Source: Harriotta raleighana
Lineage: Eukaryota
Assembly: GCA_050575255.1 (NCBI GenBank)
Contig: JBNZDD010013675.1
Location: 4,866,405 to 4,930,404, forward strand
Direction: 5' to 3'
DNA: 64,000 nucleotides
Shown: positions 25,450 through 38,250 of the stretch, one piece after another
How positions within the stretch are numbered: the stretch's first letter is position 1
How the letters are laid out: the number at the start of each line of letters is the position of its first letter
The notes under the pieces: model-generated
What the model saw: only the letters and a program-made list of their open reading frames with translations
Databases searched by the model: none
What the model was told of the DNA's origin: nothing
Position numbers and translations under genes: made by a program

Positions 25450-25533
25450 ATTGATTGAGAAGTTTGTTGAGAGATACAGTTCAGTATTGTCCCATCAGGA
25501 AGACTGTGTGTCTCAACAAACTTATCAATCAAT
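25450..25533. repeat. 84-nt hairpin (31-bp arms)
   Basis: 25450-25480 pairs with 25503-25533: 28 Watson-Crick pairs, 1 G-U, 2 mismatches. Confidence 0.85.
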
Positions 25534-26749
25534 TTATTGCCCCCAAATAGCTAACTAATGCTCAATTAACATAATTATTGATGTGGAGATAAGATCCTAA
25601 GCAAGTTATACACCAGTTTAATTCCTGCTATGGAATCGTAAACCAGTTTCTCTTCTGGTTGAGTATTTAAGGTAAGAAATCTATGGCCATGTCCCTTTAA
25701 CTGTGTTACATATTCTGGATAATTGTGTGCTTGTCCATTGGGAACCCCAATGACATTGCCTGACTAATTTAATTAAAGGCCATTGACAGCACTCAGAGAG
25801 TTGCTGAGCCCACCCACATTTAAACCATCTCCTTTCATATTAAACAAGAAATTCACTATAACCCTCATCTCTCACTGTTAAAAACACAGGCGGCAATGTT
25901 ATGTACACAATTACAGTATACAAATTGCAATACAGGATGGCCTGTGAGGCACTTTCCCCTACTTGAAAGGCACTATATCAAATTTTAGGACTAATATATC
26001 AATGTTGGTAAGAATATGACTGAATTCTTAAAGAAAAACATTTAAGTTAACATCTGAATCTCTACCTGATCTCAAACGGTAAGAGTATTTTGTATTAAAA
26101 TTTAAATCCTGGCCCACAATCCCTCAAACAAAATTGGTCAATCACTCCATGGTGGTTTGTGGGAAACCTCTGTGTGTAGCTGCCTGCTGTGTTTCACCCA
26201 CAAAATACACAGTCACTACACTTGATACGATCGCCTGTAAAGCTCTTTGAGTTGCCTCAATGAAGCTGTATGGCACTATATCAAACACAAGGTTTAATAT
26301 ATAAAGGCAGAATGGTGGAAAATGTGCTTAAACTTAGTATTAGAGTACAATACATTTTGAACAATTTATACGTATACAGTGCATGGCGCAAGGGTAGAAT
26401 GTCTCAAAACAATTCACACTGCTGGTTGGGCACAGGTTGAGAGGGGAGCTGTAGAGGATGTGGGTGGGGGGGGGTAAAGAACTGAAAGATGGGCTTGATG
26501 CAATCTTAATTTGATAACCGCTCTTTGTGCAGCTGTTTTTGTTAAAAAGAACCATCTTCCAAATAAAGACTGAATTGAAGAATATATTTATAATTCTGCC
26601 AATTTAAATTTCAGTCTAAATGTCTCACAGGCTGAGATTGGGCGGAAATTACTTGTGATACTTTTTGCTGGATTCTTGTGCTTGAATAAAGTAACGCATA
26701 CAACCAAGTCAAAGTGTGCTTACATCTTTGAAGGATTTTATTAAGAAGA

Positions 26750-27110
26750 ATAATCCTTGAATTTGATATACGGTAGTGCATCATCATGTCTTCAGGTTGC
26801 CTCAAAGTGCTACACAGGATATAGCATAAAATAAATTGACTATATTTTGTGGGTGAAAGGTGGCAGCCAAATGTGCCCAGCAGTGACTGACAAACAGTTG
26901 TGCGTTGAGTGTCTACATATTTTTTAAGGCATTCTAACTCTGGGAAAACAATCCATCAATAAATTAATTACTGGGTTGCTACTTACAGCTAGGCAATCAG
27001 AGGTGTGTGGAGTAAGGAAACTTATCTAACATTTCAACCCATTGAGGAATCAAACCTGGGTCCACTTGCTTGCGAGGCAAGTGCTCTAACCGCTGCACTA
27101 CCGAACTCAA
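26750..27110 (-). mobile_element. tRNA-derived SINE
   Basis: Reverse-complement full copy. Confidence 0.85.
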
Positions 27111-27244
27111 CATGCCTTGCATTGTAAATGTTGGCTGACTGGCCCATTCCAAGTGGGTGAGGACCATGCAATCTGAATGTAGCATTGGATATCTCATCTC
27201 TGTCCTCTCTCGCTCCCCATTCTTTTTGTGGCTAGTAATTAACA

Positions 27245-27570
27245 ATAATAATAATCCTTGCATTTGATATAGAGCTTTGCACATCTTCCAGATGTATCAA
27301 AGCACTTCACAGAATATACTGTAAAGTGAATTGACTGTATATGTGGGCGAAACGCAATAGTCAGTTGCGCACAGCAGCGTCACACAAACAGTCATGGATT
27401 TAAATGACCAATTTATTATTGGGTTTTTATTTGAGCGATTTTTGTTAGGCATTTTGAGGGATTATTGTTAGGCGTGTGGAGTAAGGAAACTTGCCCATGG
27501 TTTCACCCTGCCTGGAATTCAACCCAGCTTGTAAGGCGAGTGCTCTAACCACTGAGCTGCAAGACTCCCA
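27245..27570 (-). mobile_element. tRNA-derived SINE
   Basis: Reverse-complement full copy. Confidence 0.87.
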
Positions 27571-28337
27571 TTGATTTAGACAGCATGGATCTAGCCATCT
27601 GGTCATCCTCAGATAGCTAAATCCTATCAAATTCATTGGGATTATAGTGACCCAATAATCCAGTCTTCTTTGAGACTGAAAGAGATATAAAAGGATTAAA
27701 ACCTACACGATAATAAAGTTTATTAGGACGCCAATCCTCTTTGTAGACTTTTCTTTGACAATGTCGCTCCCTCTGAATCATGAAAGCTTCCAACTAAAAG
27801 TGAGTTGTATCCCCTCTGGTGCTAACGAGTCACCAGTCCGAACACTGGAGGTGGACAACTTTCATCATCCTAATAATAATAATGTTGAATGATCTCATAA
27901 TGCTTCACAGGATATACTGTAAAGTTTAGCGATTGATTTTATAGATGAATATTGCGGCCAGTGTGCTCTTCAGTAATGTCCCACAAACAGCCATGAAGTG
28001 AAATGACCAGTTTTACTGACACTCGGGACGCTAGGAGATACTCGAGTCTCCCTTCAAATTGTACTGTGGGATTTTTAGTATCCACTTGGATAAAGCGAGA
28101 CTTCGCTTTAACATCTCATTTTGAGGATAGCACAACCAAAAAAAAGCAGCACTCTCACAGCTCCACAAAACATATTGCTCAGAATATATTATGACCTGCA
28201 CACCACATATTCAGCCAGTTTATCCATAACATCCTAATCTCCAAATCGACAGTCGTGGGTTCAAACCTGACATTGAGACTTCGAGTTCATACGTTATACT
28301 ACACAATATTATATATTCACAATATATACTACTTGCA

Positions 28338-28612
28338 CTCCTTGCACTTTGATATATCGCTTTTCACGACTTCTAGATGTCTCAAAGCGCTTCACAGAAT
28401 ATGCTGTAAAGTGAATTTACTGTATATTTGTGGGCGAAACGTGGCAGCCAATTGTGCACAACAGTGGCCCACAAACAATCATGGATTGAAATAACCAATT
28501 TTTTTTGACGGATTCTTATTAAGTGTGTGGAAAAAGGAAACTTGCCCACAGTTTCGTCCTGCCTGGAATCAAACACAGGTCTCACGCAGGTCAGTTCTAA
28601 CCACTGAGCCAC
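28338..28612 (-). mobile_element. tRNA-derived SINE
   Basis: Reverse-complement copy. Confidence 0.85.
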
Positions 28613-31600
28613 ATATACCATCTAAATTTATTTCCAGCAGTTGAGGAGTTAAAATAACTTGGGACAAGCAGGCTCACTAGGAAGAATTTCAAGCACATAG
28701 AGGCTTAAAGAAATTTGATGCTTTGTTCATGACTCAAGGATAAATTGCTAAACTATTTCCCACCTGGCATTACCTGTCCTGTCATTCCAGTCCCCCGCCC
28801 ACCCCCTCCACTCATCCCCTGGGATGGGAGTAGGGGGTGGTGATCCCCTGGTAAATGGAGTAGTGCTTTTTGTGTTTCTGTGGAGCGCAAGAACACCACT
28901 ACACCATTAAACTTTAAACACTACACTTGAGACGTCCACCACAAACAGCCTACCTGAAAGCAACACAATCAAATATTTATCATCTCCTGTTAACATGAGG
29001 TGGAGAGAGGACTGGGCAGCACCCAGAGACATTTTCCACTGCTTTCTCCTCCTTTTGTTTGTCATTTTGCTCTTCCCTTCTTTACTGTGGCTGTCTCTGG
29101 CCTCCTGCTTGTCCCATGTCCCCTCTGTTCCACCATCGACAGCCTCATTTTCAGCCACTATGCCACCAAAGCTTTGAAATTCTCCACCTTCCCCCATCCA
29201 CTCATTCCCATCATTGAATCATAACTGAAGACCTTCCTCTTCGACCGTGCTTACAGTCATATACTCCCTGCCACTGTTAAGCAAACCTGGGCGAAGTTGT
29301 TCATGTTGTTATTCTCTCTTTCGTGCATTGCTTCTCATCTTCTTTGTTCTCTCTTCCCCGTGTTTCTTGCTGCCCACCATCTCCAATTTCTTTTATTTAT
29401 CATTTCCCCTTTTGTGTTTCTGTTCACTGACTGCTGAGCAACAGTTATGGCATAGTTCCTCTGCTTGTCAAGAACTGTACTGAGGGGGTTTGGGGGAGAA
29501 GGAAGGGCTTCCCATTATACCAAATATATAATTATAGTGTCCTGTAGCATATTAGTTGGCAAGCTTGCCTCCCAAGCAAGAGGATCTGGGTTCAATTCCC
29601 AGATGGGGCAAGTTTCATTACTCCACACACCTCTGTTTACCCAGCAGTAAGGAACCCAGTTATTAATTCATTGGCAAATTGCTTTCCGGGGTAACAATCC
29701 CTCCAAAAATAAATAAATAAATACATTTTAATCACTTAATTCAGACTGTTTGTCAGACAATAGGTTGCATCATTTCTCCCACAAAACATACAGTTATTCC
29801 ACATTATAATATATTCTGTGAATATATTATATTCACCGCTTTGAGACATCTCAACGATATAAGATGCTGTGTAATATAATTAATGTTTACATTTGATGTA
29901 GCTCCTTTATGATGTCTCAAGATTGCATTTTGTGTGAATTTGAAGGTGAAACAGCGAACAATTGGGCGCAAACATCCATGAAGTGAGTGTCCAATTTTAT
30001 TTGGTTGCGGGGATGTCCAAGACGTTTTTCGAATTGTGCCATGGGATCTTTTAACATCCACCTGAACAGAATTTTCTAGCAATCAAGCAGTGGACAAATG
30101 TCATTCAGCCTGATGTTGGATGAGTTGATACATCCTGCCTTGTGTCAGGAAATGTAAACCTACCTTTAAAAAGGGTGCACCTGTTCACTAGGTGGAGGAA
30201 GTGATAAAGACGATTAATAATTGAATGCTTTAAAAATTTAATACCTGCTTTGTGTCGTCAGTAAATATGCACCTTTAGAAACTCAGCACTTGTTAAGCCC
30301 TTGGTGGAGCCATTTGTGACTAACAAAAGATGTCCTACTATTAGTCTTAGTCCTGCGAGGCAGTTTTGAACTTGCAGAAAATAGGCTTCAAAATTACGAA
30401 CGCATTTAAGAATTTTCCACAATTAAATGCAAAGCCAAGCCTACTACACCAGGTAGAATTTCAGAGCTTTGATAGGGATATAGCTCAGTGGAACAACAAC
30501 TTGCATTTATATAGTAGCCTTCACTCTGAGTAAAACAATGATAATTATCCTTGCATTTGATATAGAGCCTTTCTTACCACATCATTGAGACAACTCAAAG
30601 TGCTTCACAGAGTGAATTGACTGTATATTTTGTGGATAAAACAGTTGGCATCTAATTATTGAAAATTGTGGACTGAGAGACTGCTTAACAATGGTGGAGT
30701 TTGACACAGAGCTGGGGAGAAAGGGGAGGTGATCTCCAGGATGGTTGAAGAAGACAGTCTTCAGGTGCTATCTGAAGATGGGCAAGGCAGAGAGAATAGC
30801 ATTACTAAGTAGTAACATCAATGTTCACCTACAAGTTACACAGACATCACATTTTACAACAGCAACATTCACTTACTTTCCAATCAATTAGAATTTATAA
30901 AGTGCTTTAAAATATTTATTTTCAATACTAAGTGTGTTATTGTTATTGCCATCATTTCATTCATAATTCCATTATTTCAATTATAGTCATAATTTATTTT
31001 TTTCACCCACAAAATATACAGTCAATTCACGAGCTCAAATAGTATACTAACTGCATCACCAACAACATACAGTCACTACACTTTACAGCATATTCTGCGA
31101 AGCACCTTGAGATGTCTTGAAGGCATGATAAGGCACTATATCAAATGTAAGGATTATTATAATAATTATTACATTTAATATAGCATCCTTCACATGGAGA
31201 CAATGTCTCAAAGTGAAGATTTAAAACAATTTGTAGTGACTGTGTATTTTGTTCAGCAATATCTTCAAGATGCACAGAAAACAATGGGAATGGTTTGAAA
31301 ATAGCGTTTGGTTTAAATATGATTTATATTCAATCTGCTGTGCAATTTGGTACTTTCTAATCCCTTTTACCCCGCTTTGACCGACAATTTTCAGTGAATC
31401 CTGTGAAACACTTTGAAGGGAACTCCCCATGTGAAAGGGGCTATATAAAATGCTTGGATTATTATTTACTGTATTAAATGCCACATATATGTCAGCTGTT
31501 TGGTAGTAGTTATTGGGGTGATGGAGACTGGGCTCAGGTATTCTTCTCCATAGCTGCTCTATTGCTACCTGCAAGACACCCGTCTGCCAAATTGTCCATT

Positions 31601-32951
31601 GATTTTAAATTCATCAGCCACTGAATTGGTAGCACTACACTTAATTTCCCAAGATACCATTTAGGTTAAAGACATCCTGTCAATAAAGTGCAAAGCCTAA
31701 AAACCTTTTTCTCTCTTCCTCCCCCCCCCCGCACCCCTCACCCAGCAATTGTTTCAAGACTTGAGTGGGGCGAAACTGTTGAAGAAAAAATAAAGCCACA
31801 TCTTCTCTCCTAGTCAGATTTGTCGATTATCTGGTGGGGACATCAGTAATCATTAGCTTGGTGTATGTAGAGTGATGCAGAATTTTCTCCTTCAGTTTCT
31901 ATGCTGGGAAGCAGAGATTTACAAAGAAGGTTTGGAAAATTCCATGATAGTTGACAATCAAATGAACACAGCATTGTGATATTCAAAAACTAAAAAACTA
32001 ACAAAAATACTAATTATTCTTGCATTTCATATAGCAACTTATCAGATCTTTGAGGCTCTTAAGGCGCTTCAGAGAATATACTGTAAANGTTGTGATATTC
32101 AAAAACTGAACTTTGTAATATACTAATTATTCTTGCATTTCATATAGTGCCTTATCAGATCTTTGAGGCTCTTAAGGCGCTTCAGAGAATATACTGTAAA
32201 GTGAATTGACTGTATATTTTTAGGGCAAATTTATTATAGTTTTTAAATTTATATTGAAATAATATGAAGTATTTTTGAAGTGATACAAAAAAATTAAACA
32301 ACTGACTTCCAGTTTCAGTTCAACAATTGCTCAATGTGAGCGACTGTGATTAATTTTTTTTGGTGCATCAAAAATAATGCCACACTTACATTGCATCCCT
32401 TGTGATACAGGTCAATGTTAGTTTGAGCCCAACCTCTGTACTGAAGGGTGGTGGGGTGGGGTGGAGTAAAACAGCTCTCAGTTTAACCTGCTCACCGTCT
32501 TGGGACGTCCTCCCAGCGTGAAAGGTTCTCTAGAAATGTAATTTTGTTGTTGTTGTCTGACCAAAGGAACCTACAACAGGCTTGTTCCAAATTTACACTG
32601 ATCACACTGAGTGATTACATAGATAGATTGATAGATGGATGGATGGATGGTTGGAGAGAGTGCGATGGAGAGAGTTTTTATTTCCTACATGACATTATCT
32701 TACTGTTATATCAAAATACACTAGTAGAGACCAGCATCAAATGTGCACGTTTGTATTAAGGTATTACAGGTTAAGTTTAGCATTGATTTGTGGTTTGAAA
32801 ATGGCCTTATCTGACTGTCTGTCCCCCTGCAGTGCACACAACAATATTTACACAAGACAAAGCTCTGGTAATATCGACCATTCGTTATTTTACACAAACA
32901 AGTCTGGTTGCCACAGCGAATAGTTCTGTGCATGTTCACACCACCCTGGAC

Positions 32952-32982
<31 letters not shown>

Positions 32983-33179
32983 TGTGCATTGAGTGTATCT
33001 TAATGCAATGTACTTGCATTAAAACAACTGTGATGTGAAGGGTAGTGAAACACAATCATGAATTGGCTTATAAAAATTGTACTTTGATGCCAAATACATA
33101 AAGTGAGGAGGGGAATGGGGTGGGGGCGAAGGGTTGGAGGGTTAAGGGTACCTGCTTTTTGCCTCCTTGCCTCGTATAA

Positions 33180-33566
33180 CAAGCGCCAGGCAAGTAAAGT
33201 GCCTGTCCCTATAGCTCATCCCTCTGAGAGATGATAGCCTTTGATTACATTACCTCTGATCCCAGGAGAGAAAGAGAGAGAGAGAGCACCGATCGCTTTG
33301 TGTGAGGGCTTCAAGAAGGGAGGGAGGGGATGAGTGAGTGAGTGAGTGGCTGGGTGTATGATCGGATCTGAAACCAGGCACTTTTTCCTGGTTGTCCCAC
33401 AAAGAGGAACTCAGGGAGAAGGTGTGGACAAGAGGGTGGGGTAAAAGAGAGAGAGAGAGAGAGAGAGGGGGGGAGATTGAAAGAGAGAAAGAAAGAGAGA
33501 CTAGAGTCTAAGTGGCGGAAGTGTATCTATCTGGCTTTAGACGTCCCTGCTGAGATGTGCTCAGTG
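33180..33566 (+). promoter_or_regulatory. Putative promoter and 5'UTR of the upstream LHX4 exon
   Basis: GA-repeat tracts, retained CpGs, SINE-poor; TCF/LEF-type CCTTTGAT at 33238-33245. Confidence 0.45.
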
Positions 33567-33657
33567 ATGGACAGCAGGAGAGTAGAGCCAGAGAGCCAGA
33601 GGCTTCACAAAGATTTGCTGCTGTCCCTCCTCGCTCAGAACCAGCAACTTCGAAACG
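33567..33657 (+). CDS. LHX4: Putative alternative first coding exon of LHX4 (LHX3b-like N-terminus)
   Basis: Strong Kozak gtgATGg (in-frame upstream ATG at 33555); 30 codons plus 1 nt; donor acg|gtgaga; DLLLSLLAQNQQLRN resembles LHX3b DLLLALLARRADLRR; phase 1 joins exon 2 to give ...LRN-E-IPLC. Confidence 0.72.
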
Positions 33658-33766
33658 GTGAGAGATTGCGCCCTATATTCGCACACCAGATCCAATTTTA
33701 CCCCCAAAAAAAATTCAGCGACTTATCACGAAGTCGCTTTCACATTCATTCAAATGGAGAAGGGTT

Positions 33767-33798
<32 letters not shown>

Positions 33799-36489
33799 GG
33801 TGGGTGTGTGTATGTGTGGGTGGGGGTGAGGGAGAGTCAGACAGATTCTCGCATTGACTCTCAACGATTATTTTATGTTTCAAATTAATTTGTGGCAAAG
33901 TAATGATGATGGGTTTCTGCTCCCAAAGGGAAGGTTATCGAACCACATATCAACTTCTTGTGGCTGAAATAGATACACACATACAAATATATATATGGGT
34001 ACGATTTAATATATTATATATAAAGTATTTATACAGTATGTCGGATGTGCTAGTTCATTTCAGTTGCTCTGTGATTCAGACCTGAACTACCTTGTGAAAG
34101 ATTCACTTACAATAATACTGCAGTAAATGGATTGCAAAAGTAGACTCAAAGCCATGAGATAATCTTCCGAATATATATTTTTATATATATATATGAGAGG
34201 GGGGAGATAGTGAGCGATGTTGAGTTTTGTTTTAATGTCTTGAACAAATTCCAGCGGATCCTTCGTCCCCTATTTAAGTTTGAGCCTAGCACACATTCTC
34301 CAGTCAATTATTAAGCCAGCAGACTACTCCAGAGGCTGCCCATGTCCCTTAATAGCATTTGCGCTAAACTGCAATTTAATTTCCCTCTGTCTTATCAATA
34401 GCTTTCTCCTCTCCTCTACAATTAGGCAAAGGCTGGGGTCTGAGCTGGGAAAACAGTGACTGGCGGTTTTGTATTGTGTATAGATATGTATTTGATCCTA
34501 AAGGAAAATAAGGCTTTTTTTTGGACGCATAATTAATAATCTGCTTTCGTTTTTTTTAAAAAAAACACAAATTTGTTTCTTCGCTAAAGGACTCAAGTTC
34601 TCCCAGGGAATGTAGAATTCAAGATCTTGGGTAGGGATTTGACTCATTGTGTTGTAATATTTAGCAATAGTTGAAAATAGGAAAATAATGAGAATGTGTG
34701 CGAATTGTTTTTCTTAAAAAAAGCCAGGTTTAGATGCAAGTGTTTTTTTAAAGAGAGTAAAAATGAGGAAAATTGATTTTTATTTACATATCCTGTGTGT
34801 TTATTCATTTTCAGTAAACGCAAGTAGGATAATCCTTGCCTTCTTTGTGTGTGTCTACAGTATGTTTGAGAATTGGTTTAGAAACGGTTTTTGTTGTAAG
34901 ACTTTTTTGGAGGCGAAAACATAGAAAGCAAATACTTTAAATATCATTTATTCAATTGAATGTATTTGTTTTGTTCCATATCGAGTGATTATGTTTTTTT
35001 TGGGGTGTGGAATATTTCGACTGTTGCCTTAGTTTAAGGGCAAATTTATAAATAAATAGTAAATAAATAAATGCTTTTCATTCCCATTGGGACTGTTTGT
35101 TCGACGATTCAGCAAAGCACAGACGAATTAGCACCAGGAAGAAATAAATAATTTGTTTATTGTGTTAAATAAACGCGAGACAGATGTAACAAATGCAATA
35201 CTATATCAAATCAATTACATGTATCAGAAAGACAGAGACAGTGCAACAGTGAAGTGCATTTGGATTTACTTCTGTGTTTCAAAGGGCGATTGGAAAATTG
35301 GTTGATTTTGAATGAAAGTCTTGGTGCAAATCGGATTTAGAAAAGTGGAATATTTTCAATCTTGTCTCCTAGAAAACAAAATGTTCTTGTTGTTAAGTAT
35401 CATAAGTCCCATCGAGTTTGCTAAAATCCACAGTTTAAAATGTAACCCTCCCTTGCTTATTCCAGACTTCCCCTCGCCTCAAATGGTATGTTTTGGCTCT
35501 ATTCGAAAAGAGAAGTGAGTTTCTCTCTCTCTCTCTCTCACTGTGCCCCGACTAATAATTCCCCAAATAAAATTGATCACTCACACCATGGCTTGTTTGT
35601 TGTACAATGCTGTGTGCAAATTGGCTGCCAAGTTACGCCCACAAAATTCACAGTCAAACCATTTTACAGTGTATAATAATAATTGTATTTGATATAGAAC
35701 CTTATTGCATGGTTGACATGTCTCAAAGCACTGCACAGAATATATTGTAAATAGATTCACTGTATATTTTGTCTACGAATATCCTATGAAGCACTTTGAG
35801 ATATCTCAATTGGATATTGATAAGGCACTATATCAAATGAAAGGATTATTATGTATATTTGGGTACAAACATATGTGTGAATATATATTCTTGTATTAAT
35901 GAGAATATGTTGGCATCTATGAGCATCTATAAGCACGTACACATGTGTACGTGTATGCACAAATGTGTATTTTTGTCTTTCGCACATGTATACATATGGA
36001 ATGTATATATAGAGGAACAGCCTTAATCAGGGAATGAGCTGTGACACATTAGCACCAGCTATTAAATCAGCAGCCTAACTTTGAGATGCATCATTTTACT
36101 CCCTGCCAAGCACATGGGCAATTTTACTGGCATCACTTTAGAATTTAATTTCCTATGGAGTATGTTTAATTCAGGCATGTGTGAAATCTGCTAAGTATGT
36201 CATTGTCAGCATCTACAAGTAGGTAGATGTGTGCACATACAAGGATGCATAATATGTTCAGCTATACATGCTTATGTTGTTTATATGGTCATGTACAAAC
36301 ATGTATATTTGTGTACATATATGCATATACATGTTCTCGTAACAATGTGCATATGTGGGATCTACAGCCATGTACAGTGTATGTTTGCATATGCAAAAGT
36401 ATCTAAAGTGCCTTTACAGGGGTGTTCACTTGTGCAAGTACATGTGTGAATATAGATGTACAAAAATGTGCATACATGTGCATCTGTGA

Positions 36490-36750
36490 TCCAGGCAGAT
36501 CAGGGCGAAACCTTGGGCAAGTTTCCTTACTCCACATACATGTCTAATAATAATCCCTCCAAAAAAAACAACACAATAATAAAATTGGTCATTTTCAGAA
36601 AATCCATGACTGTTTGTGGGACACTGCTGTGCACAATTGGCTGCCGCATTTCGCCCACAAATATACAGTCAATTCACTTAAGTTCTGTGAAGCGCCTTGA
36701 GATGTCGATAAGATGTGAAAGCACTATATCAAATGCAAGGATTATTATTA
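36490..36750 (+). mobile_element. 5'-truncated tRNA-derived SINE
   Basis: Closely similar to the body of 14692-15022. Confidence 0.85.
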
Positions 36751-38009
36751 GTATTATCTGGAGGCTCATATATATATATATGCATGCAAACGTTTTCATA
36801 TTTTTTCTTTTCATCTTTTCCTCCCAATTGTGGTATTATTCTGTGGCGTGCATGACATCCTATTTGTAGCACTATTAGTTAACTTTACGAATGAAAAGCA
36901 CAATACTCCAGTGGTGACTGAATTTGTATATTTCTACCGGAAGGACAGAACAAAGCAACACATGCAGTGTTTTTATTGGACGTGCTTGGGTTACAAGACC
37001 TACGAAATGTTCAATTCAGTTGTTTCTCTATCCAAAGCGATCATAGGGGTTAATATCTAGACTGTGCGAGGGTCAGTATTAAATCAGCATCTCCCCTGTG
37101 AGGAGACTGATAAATTACAGCGTGTTCAATTTGAACAATCTTGTATATTATGTAAAATAGAAATGAAAAAAAACGCTACATGGCACTGACTAAAGTCCAT
37201 CAGAGACTGCAATGGAAGCCTCTCGAACGTTTACAGTACAGAAAGATTTTACCCACAAAATAGAGTCAACCCATGTACATCCTGTGAAGCATATGCATAT
37301 ATCTAAATATATATTCTAATGTTAGTAATACGGATCAGTACTCAAACAAGGGTAAAGTAATGACACCTGTGTAACAGAAATGCATTTTTATAGTGTCCGT
37401 CACATAGGGTAATGTCTCAGAATGTTTATCAGAAATATTGTCTCATCTCCTCTTTCAAAACTGTATGACTCCTTTTTCCCACTGGAGGCCAGAGTGATTG
37501 CTTTCACTTGTGATCAAAGTATGTGTACCCGGTGTCTGTCAGAGATCAGCCTGAGATCTCTGAGTGTCCCCACATTTCACCACATTTTCTTGATCCCAAG
37601 TCAATGTGAGCAACCTGTCTGCACTTGCCACCCACCCTGCCATCTAACTTTGTCGCTTGTGAGTTATTGTGGTACTCACTTGTAGAAATGTTAGCACACC
37701 ATATGGCTGGCTGGTTCAGTCCCTAGACTGTGTCAGTCCCTAGATCGATTTGTGCCTCTCAGTGTGTGTGTGTGGAGAAGCTCTGAGACGCATTTTTTTC
37801 TTTCTCTGTGTCTCTGACTATATATTAGTCCACGAATTGTAGAAACACATTGTATACCGCCACACTGAAAAAATATTGGCCCTTATAACACTAACCATGT
37901 TTTACTTTGCTGTACTTGTTTGCAAACACGAGAGGCAGAAAATACAATATCTCGTATTTGCGAAAAAAGCCGGCCACATCAGCCATTTAAAACTTCAGGA
38001 GCTAGAAGG

Positions 38010-38250
38010 AGACATAGGAACCTCGAAACATAGGAACAGGAAACAGGCCATTGAGCCCCTTGAGCCTGTTCCGTTATTCTATTAGATTATACAGATCTAT
38101 ACCTCAATTCCATTTATGGCTTTACTCCATATCCCCTGATGCCTTTAGTGTTGCCAAAAATTTATCCACCTCAATCTGGAAAATTTGAATAGATCTAGCC
38201 TTTTGGTGGAGCAAGTTTCAGATTTCCAGTATCCTTTGTGTGAACCCTCC
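38010..38250 (-). mobile_element. CR1 LINE 3' end
   Basis: acataggaacagga..aggccattgagccccttgagcctgttccg, the reverse complement of a CR1-type tail. Confidence 0.65.

Noticed and set aside
31974-32200. Short duplications around single Ns (N32088; likewise N47507 and N52483)
   Set aside because: Contig-end overlaps at gap markers, not biological repeats
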